This document shows positions 1-9,429 of a DNA stretch of 64,000 nt, piece after piece. This DNA is from Thermoplasmatota archaeon (GTDB taxonomy: Archaea; Thermoplasmatota; E2; JACPAO01; JAHFTW01). Each line of letters opens with the position of its first letter. Within the stretch, counting starts at the first letter, position 1. The position numbers and the translations under genes were made by a program. The stretch lies in NCBI GenBank assembly GCA_041601615.1, contig JBFIHX010000002.1, forward strand, positions 1-64,000, in the 5' to 3' direction. A model generated the notes under the pieces. That model worked only from the letters and a program-made list of their open reading frames with translations. It did no database searches and was not told where the DNA came from.

Positions 1-770
<770 letters not shown>

Positions 771-1067
771 TGGCCGCCGTGCGAACACGGCGGACATACA
801 CACGGTATGACCTTGCCTATAGGAATCAGCGGAACCGACCGAGTGTCACCGGGACACAAGGTCGTTCTACCTTGCTATGGTCTTGCTGTCTCGTATCTCA
901 GATACATGAGGTCACGTCGGCCAAAGACCGTCGGGTTTCATGCTCGTCATTCGTATGTTCCATTGGCTGGATGGAGATGGTCACTGTCGGCATGACGCCG
1001 TCTCGACCTCCAACGTACCGATGGGGTGTTGCCCCTTGCGGGGCGTATACTCCACCCATTGGGCGGA

Positions 1068-1867
1068 TTTCCGCCGAGGAGGGTGGGGTATATGAGTGCT
1101 CCGGGGTCGGCTTGGCGAAGTTCGCCAGGTTTTCTCCCGGTGCGAGTGTGATGTGCGAGGGCCGGTTTTGGCCCGCGCGTTTCCCGCTGTGTTGGCGGGA
1201 TTTCCGCCGACACGAGTCGGGTATATGAGTGCACCGGTGTCCTCGAAGCAGCGAGTGCCGCTCCGAGTTGTCTGGTGCACGGGAAGGGATCACACCCCAT
1301 CGGCTTGGCCGGTGTGGGGTGCTCGGTGGCCGCGTTGCCTTGGCCGGATTTCGGCCGACATGGCGGCCGTATATGAGCCTGTTGGGGCCGTGGAGACGGA
1401 CCCGCGCCGACCCCTTTCAGGGCGACTCGGCCAGGAGTGCGGTAGGTACCGCACCCGGTATTTTCCGCCGACACAGGCCGGGTATATGAGTGCTGCGGGC
1501 CCGGGGAGCTGTGAAGGCTCATTTCCCGGCGGAGCAACCATACGATGGTCCGTGCGAGGCGATTTGGAAGGCGATCAGGTCCGCATCGAGGCAGACAGTC
1601 TCTCGCGCCCATGCGGGCGGTCAGTGAGGTTCCCATTCGGGATTTTTGCCCGGGTGTCCGTTGCCGGCTCCCGGGAATTCGGCCGACTGAGGTGCCGTAT
1701 ATGACCGCTGCGGTCCCAGGAGGCCGTGAAGGCTGATTCCTGGCGGAGCAATCATGGGTTCCTCGCCGGATTTCCCCTTGTTCCACATCAGAGGCAGACG
1801 GTGCGCATCCCACGAGAGGATACTACACCAGGGGGGATTTTTCGCCGAGTCAGGTCCCATATATGAC
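1068..1867 (-). repeat. Six bipartite repeats TTTCSGCCGA-N10-GTATATGAS upstream of 16S; probable tandem rRNA promoters
   Basis: Copies start at 1068, 1201, 1349, 1462, 1677, 1839 with a fixed 10-nt spacer; minus-strand CTCATATAC also precedes rpl11. Confidence 0.75.
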
Positions 1868-2170
1868 CGTTGGGGGCCCAAGAGGGGGTTTTCCTCGATA
1901 AGGACGGAGACGGGAGCCTCCTTTGAACGGGACTCTTCCTCATGGGACTCGTACCTATTACATATGTCCGGTATGGGCAATTTGGCGCTCGCGGGGTTGT
2001 TCCCGGCCGGTGTCTCTTCGAGAGCATCGCCGGGAATCAGGGACAAACGACTGTTTTTGCCCCCTCGAGGGGGGCTGGTTCCGGGTTTTTTGGCGATGTT
2101 CTTCGAATGCGAGTGAACTGCCGAGGGAGGGGGAGCGAGGAGGGTCGTTTGGGAGACGCGGGGCGCGTTC

Positions 2171-3619
2171 TCAGATGGGAAGCATGGTTCGGGGCACGTC
2201 CATGTAGGTCAAGGCGCCCGTGGGTCCGTCCATGTACAGGTTGTACGGTGCAACCATCGCGCCGGATTCGGGCTTCGGGTCGTCGAATCGGACGTACACC
2301 TCATACCCCGATGTGAGAATCGTTTCGGCGGGCACGTCGCTCCAGAAGTGGTTCAGCCCGAAGAGGCGGCTGGAGTAGCCAACCCACTCGAAGAATCCCA
2401 GGGAGAGTCCAGCAAATGCCTCGCCAACGGCGATGGCGTCCTCGGGGTGCACCTGGAGGGGGATGAGTGTTGGCGCGGATTTCTGCTGAATCGGGCTGGC
2501 CTTGAGTTTGTATTCGAAGCGATCCTCTCCGACTGCGGTGGTCTTGGAGCGCGTTACCTCCACACTGCGGCCAACACCGTCGTTTCCAATAACAGCCAAG
2601 GTTACCACTTCCGTGTTGAAATCGGTGAGGCCCACGATGTCGCCGCCCCCGCTGGATTTCCGTGTGTGTTCTGCAAGTTGCATGATTGCGCCGCCGGCCA
2701 CCAAGTCGGCAAATTTTGTGTCGCCTTCCATCGCGGCTGTGTAGGCTTCTTCTGTGCTGAAGTTGAATCGTTGGCTTGGACCTACATAGTATGGTGCGCC
2801 CCAGGGTTGGGGTTTCGGAAGATCTAGTGTCCGGTTGCCGCTGCCGCGCACTTCGGGTTGCATGGAGTCAATTTCGGTGAGTCGATAGATTGGCGGTTTC
2901 GATGTTGGGTCGTTGAAATCAGAGAGTCGCTGGTAAATCGGGTGCGCCTTCAGCTCCGGTTGCCAGAGGGAAGGAAACGGTGTTTCGGGGCACAAGACTC
3001 GAGAGGTCCCGACAACGACCCACGGAAGTGGCCGAACTTCGTGCAATGCGACAGGGTCCACCGTGCCACCATGTGCGTTTAGGCATCCGTTTTGGGATGT
3101 CGCGGTGATGTTGCCGTCAAGAACGTGGCCCTTGAGGGTCGTGTATGTGGATTTGGGGAGGGCCCCCGTGTTGTGTCCCCACAGCGGCGCCATGCCGAGG
3201 CCGCCAGGTAGACCGGAGCCTCCGTAGATGAGTGCGGCTCGTTCGTCGTAGCACACAAACCGCCGGCTGCCAGCAGCTTCGCCCAAGGCGAGGCCACACA
3301 CAGCAACTTGTTGGATGATTCGCCCTTCTGCATCTACGGCCTCTTCAAAATGGAACAGCTCGCCTTCTTCGGGGGCGGTGAACGTGAAGTTGAGAACCTG
3401 GACGTCTTGCTGCACGCCGAAGGCGTCCATGCGGTGCCCGTTTTCTTGGAGAAACACGTCGAGGCGGGATCCGTCGCTGCCTTCGTACCGGTAGCGGTCG
3501 CCGATCTGTGGATACGGGACCTCAAAGGCTGTTGGTTCATTGTTTCCGGTGCAGCCGGCCAGCGACAGCAGTGTGAGTAGGAGCGGAAGGGCTACGGCCC
3601 AGGTTCGAGTTTGATTCAT
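2171..3619 (-). CDS. Hypothetical secreted lipoprotein
   Basis: 482-aa ORF, hydrophobic signal ending LAGC lipobox. Confidence 0.8.
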   Translation of the reverse strand: MNQTRTWAVALPLLLTLLSLAGCTGNNEPTAFEVPYPQIGDRYRYEGSDGSRLDVFLQENGHRMDAFGVQQDVQVLNFTFTAPEEGELFHFEEAVDAEGRIIQQVAVCGLALGEAAGSRRFVCYDERAALIYGGSGLPGGLGMAPLWGHNTGALPKSTYTTLKGHVLDGNITATSQNGCLNAHGGTVDPVALHEVRPLPWVVVGTSRVLCPETPFPSLWQPELKAHPIYQRLSDFNDPTSKPPIYRLTEIDSMQPEVRGSGNRTLDLPKPQPWGAPYYVGPSQRFNFSTEEAYTAAMEGDTKFADLVAGGAIMQLAEHTRKSSGGGDIVGLTDFNTEVVTLAVIGNDGVGRSVEVTRSKTTAVGEDRFEYKLKASPIQQKSAPTLIPLQVHPEDAIAVGEAFAGLSLGFFEWVGYSSRLFGLNHFWSDVPAETILTSGYEVYVRFDDPKPESGAMVAPYNLYMDGPTGALTYMDVPRTMLPI

Positions 3620-3736
3620 GAGACGGAGACACCCTGATTTTGCAAAGAGGTAGCGGGAGGAAGAGAGGTGGAGCGAGACAAGGAGCGAGAGAAGGAGCGA
3701 GGGCGGGAGAAGAGGGGAAGGTTTTGCCCAACCCGA

Positions 3737-4105
3737 TTACGGGGTGATGCCGCTGTCGGTGTCCGCAGCGGGGGTGCCGCCCGGGGCCGTAGTCACAGCG
3801 ACAACGACGTACGCGAAGCCGTGCGGCACTGGAACGCTGGGCCCGGAGGTGCCGCAGCTCAGTGCGACGACCTGGCAAACGTCCTGGAAGGCGCCGTTGA
3901 GGTACAGGGTACCGGTGGCGACGAGCGGGACGGTGGAGCCGTGGAATCCGACTGCTTGGAAATATGAGCATGTTGGTTGGTTGCTCGCACAGCTCCAGTT
4001 GGCGCCAGCGTGGGCGGAAAGGAACGGTAGTTGGGCAGAGGCAGCGGGCACGACAGCCATGGCCACCATCAGGAGGCCTACGGCGATTGCGATGTTTTTC
4101 TTCAT
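3737..4105 (-). CDS. Small secreted protein with 4 Cys
   Basis: MKKNIAIAVGLLMVAMAVVPAASA signal peptide; two Cys pairs; pyrimidine-rich terminator-like tract downstream. Confidence 0.8.
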   Translation of the reverse strand: MKKNIAIAVGLLMVAMAVVPAASAQLPFLSAHAGANWSCASNQPTCSYFQAVGFHGSTVPLVATGTLYLNGAFQDVCQVVALSCGTSGPSVPVPHGFAYVVVAVTTAPGGTPAADTDSGITP

Positions 4106-4212
4106 GATATAACCTGCCGAACAACGTCGGCAAAATTCAAAGGCAACAATCATTATTAGTTGTTTCTGATGGCCATTGAGTTTACTAAATGAGTTATTTT
4201 AGTTATTGCTCT

Positions 4213-4230
4213 CTATACTAGCTAGTATAG
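4213..4230. promoter_or_regulatory. Perfect 18-bp palindrome in AT-rich upstream region
   Basis: CTATACTAG-CTAGTATAG within AT-rich 4150-4255. Confidence 0.55.
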
Positions 4231-4270
4231 TTTATTTGATGGTTCTCTAATATCAGCCTAAGGGCGGGGG

Positions 4271-4681
4271 TTACGTCCGACCGCCCACATCCCGACGCAT
4301 CGCCGCCAAATCCGACGGCAGCTCCTCAACGCATCGCACGCGGGCCGGCACGGCAATGCGCTTGCGGATGTCCAGGTCCAGGGGCGCGCGGCCGGCCAGT
4401 CCCTCCATGAAACGCGCTTGCAGCCGTCCGCCGGTTCGGTCCCAGTCCATGAGGACAATGAGCCGGGTCCATCCGGAGGTCTCGGCGGCGTGTGCAATTT
4501 CGTCGATGCGTGCTTGCAGGCTTGCTCCGGCATTCAGGACCAGGTGCTCCCCACCGACGCCTAGGGCTTCGAGTGCCTCCGCGTCGCGCCGACCTTCCAC
4601 GAGCACTGCGTTGCCGGCGGCGCGTTGGCGCAGCTCATCCAATGCACGCTCCAGTTGTTCGAGCCGGCGCTCTAGGTTCAC
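4271..4681 (-). CDS. Stand-alone TOPRIM-domain protein
   Basis: VLVEGRRD and LMDWDRTG (DxD) motifs. Confidence 0.9.
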   Translation of the reverse strand: MNLERRLEQLERALDELRQRAAGNAVLVEGRRDAEALEALGVGGEHLVLNAGASLQARIDEIAHAAETSGWTRLIVLMDWDRTGGRLQARFMEGLAGRAPLDLDIRKRIAVPARVRCVEELPSDLAAMRRDVGGRT

Positions 4682-4998
4682 AAGAGTCCTCCAAGCAATC
4701 CGACCACATCATACCGGTCGGCGCCGACGACGAGCAAGTTCTTTCGCCGATCTGTCAGGCCACTTTGTATCGATACCGACGCCGCTTGCACCCCGAGAAC
4801 CTTGGCTACGAGCCGGCACACTTCCTTGTTGGCCTTCCCATCCTGGGGCGGCGCTTGGACGCGGATGCCGATGCGGCCCCGCCATTCGTTGAAGCCCGCG
4901 GGAAACAGCGCCTCGCGCCGGCCCGGGTCCACTTCGAGCAGAAGCAAGACGCCGTCGGCGTGGGGTTGCACCGCGTCCTGCCAAGGCACGGACCCCAC
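4678..4998 (-). CDS. DUF167 (YggU-like) protein
   Basis: APPQDGKAN motif, SGLTDRRK; 4-nt overlap with the TOPRIM gene. Confidence 0.9.
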   Translation of the reverse strand: MGSVPWQDAVQPHADGVLLLLEVDPGRREALFPAGFNEWRGRIGIRVQAPPQDGKANKEVCRLVAKVLGVQAASVSIQSGLTDRRKNLLVVGADRYDVVGLLGGLL

Positions 4999-5034
4999 TG
5001 GACGGGAGCGCTGATGGGTGTGTCGGATTCGCCG

Positions 5035-5514
5035 TCAAGTCGCGTTCTCTAGCAGGCCGGCCCCGTACGCACGAACCAAGCGGTCCAAGTCTGTCTTGCG
5101 CGTGTACTCAAAACATCGAAGACGGCTGGCGCGAGGGAGGTCGCGCAAGTACGCAATCTGACCATCTTCCACGAGCACATGAAATTCGCCGCCTGCCGTA
5201 TCGAGGACGCCATTCTCGTGCAGGACCGTGATTTCAATTTCCTTTTTCTGCGCGTCGTGCCGCAACAGCACCAGTTCGCTGAATACAGTAGGCAGCCGTC
5301 CGTTTCGTGGCAACCATACCAGGTATTTGTCCGCCTCCTGGCACAGGCGCTGGAATTTCTCAAGATCGTCCTCTCCGTGTGCCCCCTTTTCATCCTCCAT
5401 GATGAGCACGTGAAGGTCCGGCAACAGCCCCGCAAGCCGACGCCGCCCCTCTAAGGCTTCGGCCTTCGAGCTATCCTTGAAGTACCCCGGCCCGAGAAAA
5501 AATACGACCTTCAT
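5035..5514 (-). CDS. Hypothetical protein, possible TIR/nucleoside-deoxyribosyltransferase-like fold
   Basis: ATG 1 nt after the wHTH stop; alpha/beta pattern VVFFLG...ADKYLVWL...TVFSEL; fold call is by eye. Confidence 0.6.
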   Translation of the reverse strand: MKVVFFLGPGYFKDSSKAEALEGRRRLAGLLPDLHVLIMEDEKGAHGEDDLEKFQRLCQEADKYLVWLPRNGRLPTVFSELVLLRHDAQKKEIEITVLHENGVLDTAGGEFHVLVEDGQIAYLRDLPRASRLRCFEYTRKTDLDRLVRAYGAGLLENAT

Positions 5515-5515
5515 T

Positions 5516-5845
5516 CTAGGCCAGGATTGCTTCAAGGGCCTGGTCCGTGACAAGTGCCATGGCGCCCGTCTGCCCGTGGACATGGCTGTGAATGGATCGA
5601 AGGGTCGAGAGGGCGTCCGCCCCCAGGCGCGTCAGTTGGTACTCGACGTGTTGACGGGAACCCTGCACCGGGACCTCCGCCGCGACATACGCACTTCGAT
5701 TGAGGTACCGCAAGGCGCGCGTCAATTGCTGGTCGCCGATGCGCGCCTCGTTGCGAAGAGGTGTAAAGCGAGCCGAACCGCCCAGTCGCTCCAGCCCCAC
5801 AAGGACGCGGGCGGCGTGCGCGGTGCCCACCAACTCAAAGACCAT
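5516..5845 (-). CDS. HxlR-like winged-helix regulator
   Basis: RFTPL...LTRAL...VEYQLTRLG pattern. Confidence 0.8.
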   Translation of the reverse strand: MVFELVGTAHAARVLVGLERLGGSARFTPLRNEARIGDQQLTRALRYLNRSAYVAAEVPVQGSRQHVEYQLTRLGADALSTLRSIHSHVHGQTGAMALVTDQALEAILA

Positions 5846-5869
5846 AACATAATGTTAGTACATCATGTA
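5845..5869. promoter_or_regulatory. Twin ACAT-N-ATGT palindromic operators at the wHTH start
   Basis: TAACAT-A-ATGTTA (5845-5857) and TACAT-C-ATGTA (5859-5869). Confidence 0.6.
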
Positions 5870-6051
5870 TTTCATGCTGCCGGCGCCGGCACCCTCAAGT
5901 CCCACGCCAAGTCATGGAGGACTGCCCGGCCCGAAGACGCTTCGGAGGCCGCCCTCGTGGCGGACAGTGATGCAGCGTGCAAAGGTCGGTCCACAGGCGC
6001 CAGGCAACGTCCCGATGAAACGTGATTCGGGATACCACTGGACTCCAAAAT

Positions 6052-6272
6052 ACCGGTCCTTGAGGCCGGGAACCCTGATCGTGCCTCACTGAGGCGGGTC
6101 CCCCACCGAGCTTTCAGACGTGACGTCGCGCGATGAGGGCGGGACAACCTCGATTCAGGACACAACCGTGACCACGCGAAAGCCTTCCCAGGCGAGTCCC
6201 ATCTGCTGCCTCGGCTTATGCTCGGGTATGGGCGTCAGGGCATGCCGCGACCGGGTCAGACCCTCGACTGGT
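6052..6272. ncRNA. Candidate structured RNA of unknown class
   Basis: Nested long-range complementary segments in an intergenic region lacking a credible ORF. Confidence 0.3.
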
Positions 6273-6407
6273 GCGTCATCGTGCTTGGATGAAGTGGGTT
6301 GTTTCGGAGCGGGCAGCGGTTACCCCTTTGTTCGGTCGAGCGAAGCGAGCACCCTCCACCCAAACCCACCACCCTCCTTTATCGGGCCCCACGCGGCAAC
6401 CCAACCC

Positions 6408-6902
6408 ATGCGCTTCGGGCTCGCTTTCATCCTGCTCTGCTTCCTGGTTGCTCCGTTTGCTGATGCCCAGAGTTCTCGTTCGGTGACGATTCATGCCCGC
6501 GAATCGGGCTGTCCGGAGGGCAAGTCCTTCTGCTTTACTGTGGGCGGTTCCCTGGAAGGCCTGGAAGCAAACGACCACGTTACTTTCACACTTGTCAACG
6601 ACGGAACAACGGCGCACGAGATGGTCGTAGCACCCCTATCCGAAGCGGATCCAGAGCACAAGGCCACGAAGGAAGACAATGCGCTGGGCGAAATCGAGGA
6701 AATCGAGCCCGGCGAACAGGGCACAGCGACGTTCACCATTCCCTCGGGAGGCATCTACATTTGGTGCGCGCTGGCCGGCCACGAGCAACTTGGAATGTGG
6801 CTGGAGATCCCCGCGACGGCTGAGCGCAAGGATTCGCCGCTTCCTGTCGGCTGGGTGCTTGCGGGTGTAGCGGCATCCGTGTTCCTGGCACGACGGCACT
6901 GA
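6408..6902 (+). CDS. Secreted cupredoxin-like copper protein with C-terminal membrane anchor
   Basis: Signal peptide; NDGTTAHEM and WCALAGHEQLGM type-1 Cu ligands; C-terminal KDSP-TM-ARRH. Confidence 0.85.
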   Translation: MRFGLAFILLCFLVAPFADAQSSRSVTIHARESGCPEGKSFCFTVGGSLEGLEANDHVTFTLVNDGTTAHEMVVAPLSEADPEHKATKEDNALGEIEEIEPGEQGTATFTIPSGGIYIWCALAGHEQLGMWLEIPATAERKDSPLPVGWVLAGVAASVFLARRH

Positions 6903-6971
6903 GGAGATCGAGTGTTTCAGCGGGCATTTGCGGGAAATGATAGCTATTTCTGCCCCATTTGATTGTATAAA

Positions 6972-8396
6972 TTATTGTTTTGGATATTCCAATAATTTTT
7001 TCGATGATAAGTCATTTCCGGATGATGATTTGAAAAATAGGGGGGCGTTTACCAAAGCGAGTCCAATAAACGAGAGCGCCATTTGGTTCCCGGCTACGGC
7101 CATATCCGTTAAAACGACAGAAACCGACCCCAACCCCGAGATGAGCCCCACGGGCAACCATTCATTCAACCGCTTTTTGCATTCAGGCGGTTTACATAGT
7201 TCACAATAATCGACGCCTCCTTTGCGATATATATGATTTCGACAAATTGTGGCATTGCAAGAACCACAATTTCCACTGTGCGGTAGGAACAATCGCGCCC
7301 TGTGGGCTGGCCGGTGGCATGTCGCGCACCAAATCTGCGTAGATGGCGACGTGTGTTTTGAACAGACCGTACAGGAAGAAAACTGACCAGCCTGTAAAAC
7401 AAATTTGTTATCCAATTCTTCCACATTACCATGGTAGTTTTGGCCAGATATAGCCATTTTAATTTCTTGTTTGGGTATGTAAATTAGATTCGTATTATCT
7501 ATTTGTAGTGTTGATGCGCTAGGTTTTATATGTTTGGTGTAAGTAACATTATTTCGACCGGTATAGGTAACAGATTCACTTAACCCGTTTAATAAATGCC
7601 GTTGAAGGTGCTTCTTAGCATCGACATGGTGGATTTGCGGTGTTGGTGCCGCCCCCGGAGTGGCCTGAAGCGTACTTTTGAGGCTCGCTAGAGTCTGAGC
7701 GTTTGCCAGCGCAGCCGAAGGCGCAGTGGACTGAAGCTGATTGCCATCTGACGAAAGCCACGCCTTGCCAGACCACGACGCTTGCTGATCCCCAACAGCA
7801 GTTTTGACTTTCCCTTCTGCCTGGTAGGTTGCCTGGAAAAACGGGACGTACTGGGTCCTCCTCTCAATGGTCGCTGCCGGGTACTTTCCGCCGCTCGGGA
7901 CGTACCGTTGTGGCGCCAGAACACTGCGAAGAAAAACTCCTTGGAACAATCGTTCTGGCGTTGTAGGTACAGCCATTGCTTGATGATCTTGGCTTCCGCC
8001 CCCGGTGTCCAATCCAACTGACTGCGCCATTACACTCAAGGTGGTAGCATCCACAAACTGGATGTCCTCCCGAAGCTTATCCGAATACAACTTCGCGGTA
8101 GGCGCCATTCGCCCCGTTGTGATGATCATTCCCCTACGTGCACCATAGGTAATGACGGCACTGTGAAGCTTCTGAACCACTTCACGCCCAACCGTACGAC
8201 CAGGATAATGTTTGCATTCAACCACAATGTCGCCATCAGAATGATGGACAATCAAGTCCCTCCCTTCATCATTGCTATAGGGAGTGGATTCGACCATACA
8301 TTTGAAGTGACGTTCAAGAAGGATTTTGCACCAATCCTCGAAAGCGTATGGGTTTAAATTTTCAAGCACCCGGGCACCGCATGGATAGAATCTCAA
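6972..8396 (-). CDS. Mrr-type restriction endonuclease with Zn fingers and C-terminal TM segments
   Basis: FEDW...DEGRDL...VECKH...ITTG Mrr catalytic motifs; several CxxC; low GC; start uncertain. Confidence 0.8.
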   Translation of the reverse strand: MRFYPCGARVLENLNPYAFEDWCKILLERHFKCMVESTPYSNDEGRDLIVHHSDGDIVVECKHYPGRTVGREVVQKLHSAVITYGARRGMIITTGRMAPTAKLYSDKLREDIQFVDATTLSVMAQSVGLDTGGGSQDHQAMAVPTTPERLFQGVFLRSVLAPQRYVPSGGKYPAATIERRTQYVPFFQATYQAEGKVKTAVGDQQASWSGKAWLSSDGNQLQSTAPSAALANAQTLASLKSTLQATPGAAPTPQIHHVDAKKHLQRHLLNGLSESVTYTGRNNVTYTKHIKPSASTLQIDNTNLIYIPKQEIKMAISGQNYHGNVEELDNKFVLQAGQFSSCTVCSKHTSPSTQIWCATCHRPAHRARLFLPHSGNCGSCNATICRNHIYRKGGVDYCELCKPPECKKRLNEWLPVGLISGLGSVSVVLTDMAVAGNQMALSFIGLALVNAPLFFKSSSGNDLSSKKLLEYPKQ

Positions 8397-8477
8397 AGTC
8401 TCATTTGAATGGACAGGTTCTAAGCACCATCATTGGCCGAGACATTGAGGTGAACCACTGAACGGCTCCCCCAACCC

Positions 8478-8583
8478 CTCATATACATCCTCCATCTCGC
8501 GAGATACCCCTTCATCCCTGGTGTGGCTCCGGCCGCGCCTAACAGGGACCTTCGCAAGAAGGAATACGGGTAGGAGGAATCAC
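8478..8583 (+). promoter_or_regulatory. rpl11 promoter and structured leader
   Basis: CTCATATAC at 8478; GGGA-CCTTC-GCAA-GAAGG-AATAC hairpin; GGAGG SD. Confidence 0.55.
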
Positions 8584-9051
8584 ATGGGACAAACAATCGA
8601 AGTAATGGTCGCAGGCGGCAAGGCAAACGCTGGCCCCCTGGCACCCACCCTCGGCCCCGCTGGCGTCAACGTCGGCGAAGTGGTCGCTGCCATCAACGAG
8701 AAGACCAAGGACTTCAACGGCATGCAAGTGCCGATCAAGGTCATTCTCGATGACAAGAAGAATTTCACCATCAGCGTCGGCACGCCCCCCGCGACGGCCC
8801 TGATCAAGGACAAGGCTGGCGTCAAGTCCGGCTCCGGCAACGCGAAGACGACCTTCGTGGCGGACCTGAGCATGGACGACGCCCAAGCGATCGCCCGTAT
8901 GAAGATCGATGACCTTCTGGGTGCCGATCTCAAGGCGAAGACCATGGAAATCGTGGGCACCTGCGTCAGCATGGGCATCACCGTCGAGGGCCTGAACCCC
9001 CGCGAGATGTGCCAGAAGATCGCCGCTGGCGACTTCGATGACCGCTTCTAA
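8584..9051 (+). CDS. rpl11: 50S ribosomal protein L11
   Basis: GGKANAGPLAPTLGP, GTPPATALI, GTCVSMG. Confidence 0.98.
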   Translation: MGQTIEVMVAGGKANAGPLAPTLGPAGVNVGEVVAAINEKTKDFNGMQVPIKVILDDKKNFTISVGTPPATALIKDKAGVKSGSGNAKTTFVADLSMDDAQAIARMKIDDLLGADLKAKTMEIVGTCVSMGITVEGLNPREMCQKIAAGDFDDRF

Positions 9052-9124
9052 CCCTGAAGCTGCATCTTCCTCTTCCCCTTCCCCTCCCGTTTCGGGCCCT
9101 GACGGGGCCACCGGCCACCGCGTT

Positions 9125-9421
9125 GTGCTGTGGCTGTTTGTTGCGCTTGCGTTGAGCGTCATTGGCGCGTTTTGGCTGTTTTATGGCAGTACGCGGCCGA
9201 TGGATCGGGCGTTCATCGTGCCGGCGGTGCTGCGGGATCTGTATTTGCCCGTGGTTGCGACGGGGATTCTTGTTGCCATCGATGCGCGGAGCCGGGGGCG
9301 CTCGGGTTGGTGGCTGTATTTGGTCACGTCTCCGATTCCCGGGGTGAATGTGGCGTTGTCGGCGGCTTGGTTGCTGCGGTGGCGCCGCAAGTCGCGTCGA
9401 TTCCTTCGCTGGGACCTGTAG
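9125..9421 (+). CDS. Small membrane protein (DUF805-like motif)
   Basis: Hydrophobic helices, DARSRGRSGWWLYL...PGVN; start uncertain. Confidence 0.6.
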   Translation: MLWLFVALALSVIGAFWLFYGSTRPMDRAFIVPAVLRDLYLPVVATGILVAIDARSRGRSGWWLYLVTSPIPGVNVALSAAWLLRWRRKSRRFLRWDL

Positions 9422-9429
9422 CAGGCGCG

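Noticed and set aside
1068-1867. CRISPR array or canonical ORB origin interpretation of the repeats
   Set aside because: Spacing is 113-215 bp and irregular, the repeat interior varies, no cas or orc1/cdc6 gene is nearby, and there is no ORB consensus with G-string
5890-6330. SRP RNA or RNase P RNA
   Set aside because: CGGCTTAT and GATGAAACG are suggestive, but no matching GAGGAAAGTCC/P4 partner or SRP helix-8 motif was found on either strand
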